Below the pieces are notes generated by a model. It was given only the letters and a program-made list of their open reading frames with translations. It made no database searches and had not been told where the DNA came from. The position numbers and the translations under genes were made by a program. Below are positions 34,601 through 48,100 of a stretch of DNA of 64,000 nt, in pieces. Where the stretch lies: NCBI GenBank assembly GCA_036172245.1, contig JAYWIR010000018.1:1674001-1738000 (forward strand), read 5' to 3'. The stretch's first letter is position 1; every line of letters begins with the position of its first letter. The DNA is from Raillietiella orientalis. Its lineage: Eukaryota.

Positions 34601-37600
34601 TGAGGTCCTCCCGCGTTGGCGTGCTCAGCCAAGACGGTTTGCCTCGCGGCTCCCCGCCGCCCTCGTGCGCGTCCTCGCGTGGCGTCGCCGTCCCTCCCTA
34701 TGCCCGGAAAGGCAGGAACCGCTAAAGGACGTCATCCCTGCCGCTGCCCCCTTTGCCCGGAGAGTCCTCCGTCCCTTGCCTGCATACCCGGGACCGGAGG
34801 AGTCCTGGAGGGACCGAACGACAGGAACGGGAGGAAGAGAGCGCGCCTCCCCTGGGAGGAGGAGGAGGGCGCAGCTTCCAGGAGAAGGTTCCGTGGCGCC
34901 CAGTCGCCCGCTGGCATCCGCCGGATCGGCAGTCTCCTGCCTGCCCTCGCAACGAGCAAGCGTCAGCAGGGGCCAGCCTTCGAACCACTCTCGTCAGAAC
35001 GGGACTTCCTCTCCTCTACTCTCCTCCCTTCCCACCCCCACCTATTTCCGCGCACTTGAAGCGCTGTCAACCCAAGGACTCTTACTCCTCCCCTGAGCGC
35101 GCCCGGGAAAGCCGGGGTTCCGACGAAAGAAAAAAATTTTCCGGATGACCCTAGAGGGTTCCAAAGCAGGAACCAAATGGGGAGGGAGGGGGGGATTCAC
35201 CTTCCCCTACGGAAAAGGCGTTCACGTTTGCATTTCCCCGAGGAAAGGACATACTCCTCCCTCGAGTGCCAGGATCGGGCCGCATCCTGAGGAAAGCGAG
35301 GCGGCCCCGCGGAGACCGCCGGATGATCTCTCGGGGAAGAAGAAGGGAAGCCCCATCGCGTAGGCCAGCTGGAGTGCAAGTCCCCTCGCTTCCATTCGAA
35401 AAGAAATAGGCTCCAGGGGGAAGCCCCTTTCCGGATGGCAGCATTCCGAAAAGCCCCGGCTCGGCAACAACGAAGCTCCTGGATGCCCCTTCCCTCCCAC
35501 CTCCGATGGGAAGGAAGGCTCTTCGTGCTTGCCCTAAGGGCAAGAGGAAGAACTTCGCGGGAGCTCTAGGCGCGCACTGAAGGGGACTCTCCTCCCAGAA
35601 AGACCTTCCGGACAAGTTTCCCGAAACCGTTGCCTGTCTTCTTCCCGAGAGCGAAAGGCGAGAGCCGCGGAGGGACTCGTTTTTCCCCCGGCGAGTCCCC
35701 TCCGAGGGCCAGATCTCCCCTCCCCTGCCGCGCGGGACTTCTCGGGACTCGGCCGCAGGCGCGGCAGCGGCAGCGCCGGCGGGAGACTCCCTGAGGCCGA
35801 GGAGGAAAGAGGGAGGCTCCCTGGAGCGTTTTGGAAACGGCCGAGAGACCGCCTGCCGGAGGGCAATGTCCGGGACCCATTTCCGGGAATCCACAGCTGG
35901 CAGGATGGCAGCTGCGCGTGACGACGGGGAAAATCGCGGAGGAAGCGGCAGGCGAGACGACCTGCAGCAGCGGGGTTGCCGCAGCAACCGCGGGGCGCGG
36001 AGGCCGACCGATCCTGGTGGAAGGAGGGCGTCGCCTCCAGCCTGACTCTGGTGACCGCCTGCTCTGCTCCTGACATAGCCAGGAGCAGGGCTAGCGGGCC
36101 CAAGGCAGAACCCAAGAGAGAAAGAGAGACGGATCCAGCCCTCTTTGAGACCCTGCTGCCCCGGCAGGTAGTCTCAGAGAGGAGAGCCTCGCCTTTCCTA
36201 CTATCAGGCCACCTTCCTCCCTGAGATCCTTCAGTCAGAGATGAAAACCGGGATGAATTCTCCTCCCTTACAACCCCACCCCCATTCTTCCCCAGCATCC
36301 CTCGGTTCCACAGCCCTCCGCAGAGTGACCGATTGCCCGTCGTGACCCTTTGTCGTTGACCCCCTCACCTTGCTCTCCTGCCAAGAGCGAGCGTTGCTGG
36401 GAGAGCTCTCTGGCTGGCAATCACCCCCTCGCGGCCTTGCTTCCCTCCCCGGGCTCGAGGCCATGGCTGGGTTTGCCCCAGCTGCTTCACCGCCTCGCGC
36501 ACGCGCTGACCAGCCTCTCGCGAGCCCGAGCTCTTCCTTGCCGCACCAGCAGGGCGCCATCCTATGATGGGTTGGTGGTTCTTCTGAGAGGAGGCCCCTC
36601 CTTCGCCCTTCCCGTGCTTAGCAGCCGCAGCAGGGTCGCTCGTTCTCGCGCGACGCTCCTCCCGGCGGCGTTGGCGGCGGCGGCGTCGCGTCGCGAGGGG
36701 ACTCGCCGGGTCGACGACCTTCGTGCGGGAAAGCCGCTCGGGCGGAGCGATCGATCGACGGGCGCGCGCGGCGTCGGCGTCGTTGGAGCTGCGGTAGCAT
36801 CGCGTCTACGGGAGCGAGACGGGACCGGGCCTTCCCGGGGGAGTCCCCTGGGGGTAGGAAAGGGGAGAAGTGGGAAGAGGGGAGGAAGGAGCGCGCACGA
36901 AGGGTCTTCGGTCCGTCCTCCTCTCCCGCTTCCCCTTCCTGGCAGCCGCGCTGTTAGGAAGCGCTGCCGCGCCTGCGCCGTCCGTTGAAGAGCGTCCGTC
37001 CGGAAGCGGCGTCTGCAGAAGAGAGGACGCGTTGCCATGGAGCCGGCAACTCTCGGTCTTCCCCGGAGGAGAGCGAAAGCGCAGGGAGAGGGAGACGGGG
37101 TAGGCGGGGGGCGGGAAGAGGGAGCGCACCAGCGCGTCCACCCGCCCTTTCCATGTAGATCGAGCAGATTGCTCTGCTGGCGCGCCGGAGCTGCAGCAGA
37201 CCCGGGAAGTCTGGGATTTGCCGCCCGTTCGGGTCCGGGACCACATTCCTCCCTCCCGTCCGCGAGAGGCCGGGGCGTGGTCCTTTGCCTGGAGAAAGCG
37301 ATCCCTTGCGAGGCCGCCTGCGAACCGCTGTCATGGCGGTGGCGCCTACAGAGGTCTTTTTCCGCGAAGGGAGACCGTCGCGAGGTGCCTCGCCGCTCGA
37401 GTGACGAGCGCGTCCCGGAGTCTTCCCGAATGGGAACCGGGATTCCGTTTCCCATTGCCTTCTCAGTCTGCCGTGCCCGAATCCGTGAAAGAGTGCCCCC
37501 TTTTGCGTGGGGACTGAGGAAAAGGCAGCCCATCTTTTCCCACCCTACGGAGAACGACCCCTCAGCGAAGGACGTGTGCCGACTCTTCCGTCCCCGCTCC

Positions 37601-40600
37601 CGGGGGTGGAGGACATCTGGGACCTCCCTCCAGGATGCGAGAAGAGCAGGAGGGGAATCCGGAAAAAACAGCTGGCAGGGATGATCCCAGAAACCCCAAG
37701 GGTGCGGATCGGTATGGGTCTATTTTGTTCGGATCGCGTTGGCATCGGGAACCGCCTCCGGATGCGCGTGGCCTGGGACTCCTACGGAGGAACGTCGGGA
37801 GCCGTATCGTCGTCATCGGGAGTCAGTCGCTGCCCATTCCCACATCCCGACTCAGTGGCGATGGGTAAGCAGCTCTGCAGGTCCCTGGAGACCTGGAAGC
37901 AGCAGCGAGGCCGTGGAAGTTTCCGAACAGGAGGAGCTCAGGGAGAGCTGCCGGTCGCTGTGGAAACCTGATGCCAGCGCTGCGGGAATAGCCACGCCGC
38001 GGCCGCTTGGATCCTCCGGGAGCAGCAGCAGCCCTGCGTCTAGCGAAAGACGTGACCCAAACTTCTGGGGGTCGTCTCTCCTTCCCTGAGGCTCCTCCCC
38101 GCGATGCAAGTCTCCGAGGTCCGGGGGCATCTTGAAGAGGGAGGGAGGTCGGAGGTCACGGGCTGGAGCGGCACGACACGGGAGGCGACTCTGGGGCTGC
38201 ACCTCTGATGGAACGGGTTCAGTGCTTGCAAGGAAGGGGGAGGGCAGGGAGGATCTTTCCCAGGGGACAGGGGGAAGCGAGAGAGTTGAGGGGGGGGGAG
38301 GCGGCCGCTATCCCCAGAGAAGATCCCCAGCTCGCTGCCTCCGGAGAGGCGGAGGAACCCTTCGGGGCCTTCGCCTCCGACCCGCGCCCGTTCCCGAAGC
38401 GGCCGATCCCAGCAGCTCCCCCTCGCGGAAGGGGAGCGCTCCCCGCATTCACTTTCGGTCCCCGTCACGCGAACGGGAAGAGGAAATCCGTCATCCCGGC
38501 GCCCTGATGAAGCGCCATTCATCACGCCGACGGCTGTCGCCAGGCTCCCTCGGGAGGGAGGGAGCGCTCGCTCGCTGGGCTCCCCGTGAGGAGGACGAGG
38601 TGCACGCGGGCGTTCCCCTCCCCCCCTCCCCACTCTCACCTTCCCTCGCGGAGGCCGCTATTTTTAGTCCTTCCCTTAGAGCGGGCCGCCACGATCAGCA
38701 GCGCCCCACGCGGTCGATCACGCTGCTCGCGCACCATGCGCGTAGGGGGAGGGAGAAGAGGAACGGGGACGTAGGCAACAGGGGGGAAGGGGGAATGGAG
38801 AGCCTTATTTCCACCGGACAGCACCCCGCGACATCCAGGGAGAGGAGGAAATCGACCTCCCTCGCGACGGGGCCCAGAGCAAGCTCCCCCGGGAAAGGGT
38901 GGAACCTTCTCTTTCACCCTTCCCCCCCTCGCCCCATTCTTCGCATTCTCAGATGTCAGGAGACTGGAAGCTCGACTCCTGCGTGCTGTTTCCCCTCTCC
39001 TTCATCGTCTCCCGTCGGGCGAAATGGACTACGATGGCGGCGAAGCTAGGACAAGGACCAGGAAGGTGAGGCATGGCGGCAGGTTGCGGAGACGCCGCTA
39101 CTCCTTTCCGAGCGCGCGCTCCTCGGACCCCCTCTGGGGAAGCAGCAGCTAGGAGCTCCCGGAGAGGAACCGGGCCATCCCGTCTCCCGGAGAAGGGAGA
39201 GCAGGAAACTCGCAAGAAACCTGCCGTCCGCATGGCGACGGGAGCGCCACCAGGCTCGGTGATCCTCCAGGGATTCTGCAGGCTCGCCGCCTTGCTCTCT
39301 CCCCTCCTCCACGCAGACTCCCTGGGGAAGAGGGGAGTGACGGGTCACCGCGGTCCTTCTTCTCGTGTTTGCAGTCCAGAATCCCGGAGGATTCGGTGCG
39401 GAGATCGCACATGCAGGAAGGACGGCGAGCGCCCCGTGGACGCTCCTAGCGGAGGAGAACGCGCGGCTTCTCCAGCTGGCTTGCCCGCTGCTGCCGCCAA
39501 CCAGGGGTGGAGTTCCGGGCGGAACGTGAGAGAAGGAGGCTTCCGGGAGAGGGACCCTTCCTTTGCATCCAGTCTTTCCTTCAAAAGAGGACCAGGCTGC
39601 GAACTTCGGGAATCCACACGCGCCCTCGACGTCGTCCGAAGGACTGGACGCTTTCGTTCGACTCAGGGAGCTCTTCTAGGAGGGGAGGAAGAGGGCTCGG
39701 GATGAGTCTCACCGGCCTCACTTCGCGTCTTCGGGACCTCCCCTCCGTCTTAGGAACCTTCGGGAACGCAAAGAATGATCTCTGGTCTGAGGTCCTCCCT
39801 CCCCATATACTCCTCCCCTCTCCTGGACCAATGGACTCCCCAGTTTCGGCGGTTTTCACGGGAACCGGGACTACCGACTGCTCCGCAGGGGATCGGGGAG
39901 GGAAAGGACGGCGGCGGGACAGCAGGAAATCTCAGAGAAAAATTCCTGTGGCTCCCGGGAGTTCCTCCCCGCTGCTCCTTTCGGGACGGTCGAGGGATGG
40001 CTCCGGCCTTCCGAGGCGTTACGTCCGCTGTGAGAGCGACCTATCCCGGAGCTCCTCGCAGCTCTCCGGCCTGGATGGACCTCCTGCGCCTTTTCGCTCG
40101 CGCACTCTGTGGGACGAAGGGGAGCTCCGTACTCTACTGCCCACGGCAACCCACTGGAAGGGAAGGGGAGAGGCAGAAAGCACGCGGCTGTCTTCGACCG
40201 GGACGCGGCAGCAAGGGGGTCCACCGCTGCTTCGCAGGTCCCGGGTCAGCGTCTCCCGAGCCGACCCTTCGGTCCCGCCGACTCCCGGAGCGACTCGCAG
40301 CGGCGGTGCCTTCCCCGTTGCCGGTGGCTGTCCTCCTTGGCTGCGCTGTCTCGCAGGTGTCCTGACCACGCGCCGTCACCGCGCTGCGGGGTGCCTGCAC
40401 GAGTCCGCCCCGCACGTGGGTTTCCGCCTCAGCGGGAACTGCAGTGGGAAAAGTGAGCGAGCAAGCCCCTGCCACGCGGACCCACGGAGCGCTTGGGAAT
40501 CCTTGTCCTCCCCCTTCAAGCAAAATCCCGTTATCCCTGGCTCCATCGGCAGCTCCCGCGAGTCCCTGCGTCTCCAGACCGGTTCCGCTCCTCCCCCGGA

Positions 40601-40829
40601 TCTGCGGGTGACCCCCCCCCCCCCCTGAGAGCCCCTTCCAGAGTCCTCTTCCACCACCCACCCTTCCCTCAGCGCTTCCACAATCCTCCGTCTCGTCTAT
40701 AAATAGAAGGAGGCGCGAAGTCTCTCCTACGGGCGTTCCCTTCTGCGTCCATGAGGAGAAAGGGAAGGGGAAGCCAACCCAGTTGAGACAAGAGTGACCT
40801 ACTGAAGGGTGTAAAGGAGTCCCTGGAGT

Positions 40830-41200
40830 GACCTTCCGACACTGCGATCAAATGCGGGCCCAGGATGAAACGGTGGCAGAGGAAGCTGTCACAACCGGTT
40901 GGCGGGGTACCATGGCGACGGACGGTCCGAGCGCCAAGTCGCACGGCATCTCAGCAAGGTGGTCGGCCGCGCGTCAGCCTGCCGTCGTTCGTCGCCTGCG
41001 CAGGGTGGGAGCGGTCTCGTCACTCCTTGCCGTTCCTTCCCGCTTCTCTGCAGGGTCACGTGAAAAGAGGAAACAAGCGGTGGGTCCCGAGCGCAGAGGA
41101 GACGGGCGCGTCCACCCCGCGGAAAGAGACGGGGAGAAGCAGCCGGTGGTCGTGCCGCAGAGTTGTCACCCGCATGGGCCGTGGTGTTTCTTTAATGTAA
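40830..41200 (+). mobile_element. Family B 3' fragment (..VTRMGRGVSLM*)
   Basis: Terminal motif with TAA at 41198-41200 followed directly by AATAAA; possible degenerate CDQ(C)...ET finger near 40843. Confidence 0.45.
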
Positions 41201-42200
41201 AATAAATACAATCTCCGTAGTTGGACCTGTGGTCCAACCACGCCCATTTCAAATGGAGCCTGCTGGGTAGCCGGTACGCAGACCGGTGAGGTTCGCCCCG
41301 GCAGCAGAAGGGACAGGCCAAACAAAAAGAAACAAAAATAGAAAAAAAAAGCAAATCAAGAAACTTTGCGGAATGGAATCACGTCCTGCTGGGGGCGGTC
41401 CTCTGCGTCCTTTGGAGGAGGGTGGCCAACTCTCGCTGCATGCTGTCCTTCAGGTGGAACCATCTTGTCTCCCATGCTCGTGAAGCGGACGCCAAAGCGG
41501 ATGTGGCATCCCCGTCGCTCGGTGCTCCTCTTGCGTTCGCTCCAGGCAGCTACGATCCCGCGTAGGCAGCAGAGAGCTGCTAGCGAGGCTGCCGGTCGAA
41601 GGGAGTCGCGTACGAAGAGAAGTCCTGAACGGAGTTGCTGCCGGAGGTTGCCAGGGTCGCGGCGAAGCGTTGCCAGAGGGGCCGGGAAGCGATAACACGA
41701 TCGACAAGCAGGTGGAGGAGGAGAAATTCGCGTGCCCCGCACCTGGCGCAGTTCGGGTCCACACACACACACACACACACACACAAGGGTCCAGTGATGC
41801 CTGCGGGCGTCGTATGGGAGACCCCAGTTCAGCAGCATCAACGCCGACTCCTACCACTTGAAAGAGAGGGCGTGCTTGTCCAAAAGCACTGGAGACCACT
41901 GCAGATCTTCCCTCGGAATATCCAACAGTAGCTCGCCCCAGCGCAGATGTCCTCGAGGTGGGACACTCGGGGTCGCAGCATCCGTGAGCTGGTCCATTGT
42001 CCACTCACTCAGTCCTGTTCTCCTTCCGGAGCTTTCTATGGATACCTCCCATCTTGTCGGAATGCTGCTGCCCAAGTGTTCGCTCAGGGAGGGCAGCGCT
42101 GCGGCGAAGGAGGTTTTTCCCGCCCACGAACTCTTCCCGGGATGTTCAAAGATCTCCCGGAGCGAGGAGCTCCCGTAAGGCCCGTACAATCATCGCTCTT
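41194..42200 (-). mobile_element. Family A 3' fragment (source or sister of 13159-14070)
   Basis: SLREIFEHPGKSSWAGKTSFAAAL, QLTDAATPSVPPRGHLRWG, CARCGAREFLLLHLLVD and the full 3' UTR. Confidence 0.9.
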
Positions 42201-42699
42201 AGCGGCGCCACAGAGGGGTCTCTCCCTGCGGCAGCCGCGCGGGAACCGCAGGAACTCCCGCACCTTCGGCAGGAAGAAGGAAAGAGTCTCAGCGGGGAGC
42301 CCCACCATAGGCGCCATGAGCCCCAGAGGAAGGAACCTCACCTCAACGGTTCCTGGAAAGGGCGGGGCAGAAGGAAGGAGAGTTGCTTCCTGGGGTACGG
42401 AGGGATCGCTGTCCCTGTCTCTGGTGCAGGGAGCTGCAGGGATGATGGCAAGAGGTCTTTCTTGCCATCATCCCGGTCATAAGTTCTCCGGCCTCCTGTA
42501 GCTATTCGGGATGCGCCCTCCTTTGCCCCCCTCCCACTCACACACATACAACAAATTGACGATGCCTTCTTTTCCTTCCCTCTTTCCTCCGGGACGGTTC
42601 ATCCTCTTTTCCTCCCGTCTCCGCCTCAGCGCTCGAGCGCCTTCTGGATCGTCCCACTCGGGCGGGGCTCCGTAAGTAGACCCTCCAGGAGCTTTTCCT

Positions 42700-43110
42700 C
42701 TCCACAGGACTTCCGGGAAGGAGCCCCGAGGACGGTTTTTGCACGGGCCATGCATGCAGGGAAGGATGGTCTCTGACCTCCTCCTGCTCCGCGCGCCTCC
42801 CGAGCTCCCACTCCTGGGAACGCACCGCCGTCACTTCTTTCCTTCCGCCAGGGCAATCCGGGAACGGCTAGCGGAGAAGTTCCTGCTCGTCAAGGGCTCG
42901 GCGGTGCTGCTCGCTCTGATTTACAGCTTGCGAGGCGAATTCGCGAGCGCGGCCGTCGGGAAGCAGCGAGGTCGGACGTCTCCAAGGAAACCCCCGCGCC
43001 CGCGCGGAATGCCTCTGCGTGATGGCCAATTAAAGGCGCGCTCGCCGTGCGATCCCGCAAGGGAGACATCCCGGGGAGTCCCGTATTTCACCAGCGATTC
43101 CCACAAGATG
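42700..43110 (-). pseudogene. Possible decayed ORF1 fragment upstream of the 41194-42200 A copy
   Basis: ESLVKYGTPRDVS followed about 300 nt later by Cys-rich remnants. Confidence 0.3.
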
Positions 43111-44663
43111 GTTCCTGTCCCCCCCGCGCCATTCCGAGCAGCCCGCGCCCTCAGAAAGCGATGTCCGGGAACGCGTTCCCGTGGCGTCCCCTTTCTGGCG
43201 GAAGGGAAGCTCCTTGCTTTCCGGAATCCGAGAACGGGAGGAGGAAGCGAAAAAGCGGCTGCGGCGTATTTCTTGGATGGCAGATTCTCTCTGGCAGGGG
43301 ACAGGAACAGACGCCTTTCTTCTGCCTGGACTACCCCGGAAGAAGCCAGGGAAGTCGGGGAATCCTCCCTTTCAGCCGCTGACGTGGGGCTCTTCCCGGG
43401 AGTTGGAAAGAAAGCGTGGAGAGGGGTCTGCCGTTCTCATCTCCCCGAATTTCCCCCCTGACCTCTTAGTGGGGAGGAGGGAGCCAGGAAGAAAGGGGCA
43501 AAGCCGATGACCTTGGAAGGGCGGTCCTTGATCCAGACTGGCTCAGTCCTCCCAACCGGAACGAGCTCGCTTTCAAAAATCACGAGGAAGAGAGGGAACG
43601 TTCCCCTTCCCTACTCCTTCCGAGAGGAACTCGGTGGACAGGAGAAGCTTCCCTCCCGAGGGAAGCGTTCCCGGACTCTCCTCGCCTCTACCTGACCTCG
43701 GCTCGCGCGGAGCTCCTCCATAAGGGAGAACAGCTGGAGTCCCTTCTGGAGAAGCTGGAGATGGGTGGGGTCGTTGGGCGACTCTCTGCAAGTCGCCGCG
43801 AGTGGTCCGGCGTCAGGAAGGGAATGTGGCCCCGGGAAACTCAAAGGCGAGCAGGACCCCCGGCGTCTTCCCACCTGGCCCTGTCGCGGAGGAGGGAGAA
43901 AGGGAAGCGAAGCCATAGGGGAGACCTCTGTGCCCACAGGGAGGTCAAGGACTCCTCCCTCCCGGGTGAGCAGACGCTTGGACGGGAGCCACTCCTTGCC
44001 CCGAGATTCGTGATCAGACGCTCGGCTCCCGACTCCGCGCGCTTCTCCCTGAGGCACCGAGATCCGGCTGCACGCTCAGGGGGCTGCGGTTCTGGGAGCT
44101 TTTCTTCCCATGTCCGGAAGCCCCAGTGAGCGCGCGCGCCCTCGGGGGAGGCGAGCGACCGGTCCGACTTCGTCGGAAGTGTTCGGCGTGAGTGCGTTAC
44201 TCGGAGAAGAGGAGGGGGGGGAGTGGACGAGGCGTGAAAACGGGAGAGCATTGGGATGACGTGCTTCTCTAGGGATGTGGTCGCTGTCCTCCCCCACGCG
44301 GGAGAAACCCCGCTATTGCTGCCTTCCCGCTTGCGAGTCCCCACGAGCCGGCAGGTGGTATCGCCCTCCTTCGCGCGCAACCTACAGTACAGGACGGAGA
44401 CTCCATCTCTGCGGCGAGATGTGGGACGGCGACGCGGTGGTCGTCGCCGCTGGCCTCCGGCGGAGCGCAGATGCGTGCGCTCTCCGCTCCACCTCTGCAG
44501 GGGTCGTCGTCCTGGAAACCCCGCCCGTGCGAGCGAGCCGCCCCGCGTTCCGCGAGCGGACGAAGCCCGCGTGCTTCGCGCAGCCCTCTTTGCTCTCTGA
44601 CGCGCGTGGATGCCATGCGTGCCGGTGAGATGGGCGGGGGGAAGGGGCGCAGCCAGGGGAAGA

Positions 44664-45187
44664 GAAGGGATGGGGGGGTGGAGTGAAAGGAAGGGAGGAG
44701 AAGGAGTGGTCACCCGATGTGTCGCTCACGGAATTCTCCATGCCTATGGGTGGAGGACTCGGTTCCGCCCGAACCTGGGCCGTCCTGCAACCCGTTCCCA
44801 TGGACGGGAGGGGGCGCGTTCCCCAGTCCCTGAATCGAGCGGCTGCAGGGGTGGATCGAGGCTTCTGCCTTTTCCTCCGCCACCTTCCCTCCTCTATGGA
44901 GTCCTCTCGAGCGCCTTCATTTTTCTCCACCTTCCCTCTCCCTCTTTTTTCCAACGAGAGCCGGTTGCCAAGCAACACGGAGGGACTCCTGCTTTTGCTG
45001 TTGTTGTTGTTTTCCTTCCTTTTTCTTTCCTTCTCCCGAGGGTTTCTGGACGACTCGGTGGTAGGCACTGCGGAGTGATCTCCTGGGGTTCCTGGAAGAA
45101 GGAAGGAACGGGTCTGCGGCCTCTTGACGCCGGATCCTTTCATCCTGGAATCCCTTTGTCACGGAGACGCGTCGGGGATTCCGAGCC
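44664..45187 (+). repeat. Direct repeat of about 0.5 kb, second copy at 49976-50443
   Basis: Long near-identical blocks; the second copy lacks about 60 bp after gcggctgcagggg. Confidence 0.9.
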
Positions 45188-48100
45188 GTGCTCGAGGCAC
45201 GTGCTGGTTTCCAGGACACTTTACCCTTTCTCCTCCCGGACTACGAGAGTTTCCACCGAGTGCATCAGAAATAGGGCACCTCTCCTCTTCATCAGTCAGA
45301 CGTTGACGGGAAAGCGCCTGAAGCCACCCGGAGGCACCTTTTTCGAGCCGGGGCTCCAGAGATTCAGGCCCTGGTCCCGAAACCTGGGAGACGAGGCGGG
45401 AAGGAAACGGAGAGGATCTTCCCAGAGGACCTTGGTCGCATACTTGCCATCACCTGCAGGTCCTCCCACTCAGCTTTCGCCTGGCGGGTGAGCAATCTTG
45501 CACTCTGCCTGACTGTTTTCCCTTCCGTCTGGGGTTGAGGGACCCGAAGAGGAGAGCCTGCTCCCGCTCAAGGGACGCCGGCATCGCCGCGACGCCCCTT
45601 TTTTTCCCGGAGGGCGATTCCTCCAGTCTCACGAAGCATGCCCGAAACAGAGTTGCTCGCAGGCGGCGCCGAATTGCCAGAGCCCCGGGGGCTCCCGTCG
45701 GGGCTCTTCCGGGTATCTCACGAGGACGAAAGGGTGGCAGGCGCCCGTTCTCTCTCGAAAAGCAAGAAGGGGGTGGGGTGATCCACGTCTCCTGCGCCGA
45801 CAAGGGTGCGACAGCGGGGACCTAGGCGACTGACGTCACGTGAGGCGAGAACTCGACCCGGTAACGAGAAGAGGATAACTAACTAAGGGTGGACGAGGGG
45901 AGGATGCCCGAGTTCCTGGGTGCGAACCTCCCAGGACACGTGGCTTCCCATCATCCCCTCGGACCAAGGAGAGTTACGAGGCGCAGGAGGAGACCTTGTC
46001 GAGAAACTGGAAGCGAACCGGCACTACGAGCTCCTTTCCCCGCTTCCCACTTTTTCCCAGTTTTCTCCTTCCGCTACTGGGGCGGCGGCAGCATTCCCTC
46101 CCACAGGAGCTGGGACAATCCGCATCACAAGAGATCGGTTGCTCTCTGCCCGGATTTCCCAGGAAAGCCGGGATCTCTCCGGCAGACCGTGATCGCATTT
46201 GCATCTCTTGATTGATCGTCCTGTCGGATGAGGCGGCGATCCCCATCTTCGGCGGACTCCGTGTGCCCGCATCCCTCGCCGCGATAGGATCATTCGTCAG
46301 AGTGAAAGTGCCCGCCCAGGTCCCTCGCCTGCGACGCACTCCCTCCCCTCGGGTGGGGGCGGGAGCAGCACGAACATTCGGGCTTAGGGGAAGGCGCGCA
46401 CGCGCAAGAGAGTGCACTTGAGGTTCCCCTAATCTCGGGGAGGGCAAGCGCGTCCACCCCCGTGGAGGGAGACGAGTGGAAGCGGACGGTGGCGGAGCTG
46501 CAGAGAGGTTTCCCCCTGACAGCCACGCGGGCACCGCTGGGCTTGAGGGAAGGACGCCACCCGGAGGGAAGGACGCGACACCCCCTAAGAAACTGAAGAG
46601 TCGCCAGGGGCTGCGCCGAAAGGAAGAAGAGCCTGGAGGGCGATGCTCCCGGCGCAGTATCCCGCACGCAGAGACGCCAATGCGTTCCAGAAGTCCTCCC
46701 GTCCTTCGGATCGCTTCCAGAAGGAGATCCGGAGCAGGCTGGTGGAGGAGGGTCTGGGAGTGATAGCCTTTTCTGCCGCAGGGGATCTCCCATTCCCTCA
46801 AGAAGAGGCGTGACAGAGGCACGGATTCCGTGGCGCCTCTCGCCCCACACGCTTGGCCACCGGTGGAGGCGAAGGCCGTTTCGACCCGGGGCGTACGGCC
46901 AACGGAAAGAGCTCAGCGCCCGCAACGAGAGAAAGTGGTTGGTTGTCCAGGCAGGGACTTCGTGGGAAGCGACTCGGGGTGCGGCGGAGCGGCGCGCCGT
47001 GGGCGGAAGCCGTGCTGCTGGCCGCGCCGCCATTGTAACAGGGACCAGTATGCAGGGGGAGACCTGACGGGAAGACTATCCTACGGACGCTCAGCCTCGG
47101 CACGCTGTTGGCGACAGGAAAAGAGGAGGAAGGGGATAACTTTCCAGCAACTCGGCTTCGACCTTTGATGTTTGCTTTTCGGGGAAGGCGAGTAGGGGGA
47201 GGGGGGAGCAGGAGGAAAAAGAAGGAAAGGAGAAGGAAGAGGAGGAGGGAGGTGGCTATTCTTCCTGGCAACACAGCCCTATGTGACCATTCGTAATGTT
47301 CTCGAAGTGCCTGCCGATAGGAAGGAGGCAGTACTTTCGTTCTCACCTCTCCGGGTTTCCAGCATCCTGCTGCCAACGAGAATCATTTTTGCTAAAAAAA
47401 AAACGGGACCAGGAGCAAGCAGAAAGAATAGCACAGCGTATGACCAGATACGAAACCGGGATAAGTACAAAGCACGAACAACAGAAGACACAACCGGAAG
47501 AACCCAGAACAGGTACTCCTGAAGGAACGAGAACCAAGCAAGGACTGGGTGCAGAGAAGGAAATAGGTGCACGGGAGGAAGCAGGAGCAAATGGATAGCA
47601 ACTTCGAGAACGAGATCGCACGCCAGCTGCCGTGGTCCTCCGGTTTAACTCAGGATGGAATTCCCTGAAAGACCCGAGTTCGAGTCTCGTGTGAGACCAC
47701 TGAGCAGAATTCCTAGCTTCCTGGACTACCGTCTTTCGGGAACGAAATCTCGGGATTCGAGGGATTCTCCCGAGCGATCCGTCTAAAAATAAAAAGCGAA
47801 AGAGAAGGAAATGGCGCCTCCGCGCACCCACAGAGCCTTCAGAAATCCCTTCGCCGTCGCCTAGGTCGCAGCCTTCCTTCCTCCTCTCCTCCTCTCCAAA
47901 AAACACACGAGAGGGAAAAGCGAGCTCTCCCGAAAGAAAACAGCAGCAGCAGCAGCAGCAGCACTGACGCGTCTGGTCTTTCTCTGTGGAGGGACCAGCC
48001 GGCGGCTTCCGGCGCGGCATATCCAGGGAATCGGCTTTCCGGCGCTCGGGAGGGAGCCCTTCGCCCTTGCGCGCGGCAAAGGCGAGAGGAAGTGCCGTTC

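Noticed and set aside
29368..40628. Many 200-370 aa ORFs in the ORF track (e.g. 31464..32471, 32484..33461, 34089..35096, 39507..40628)
   Set aside because: Arg/Pro/Gly/Ser-rich, overlapping in several frames on both strands and without domain motifs; expected in high-GC DNA.
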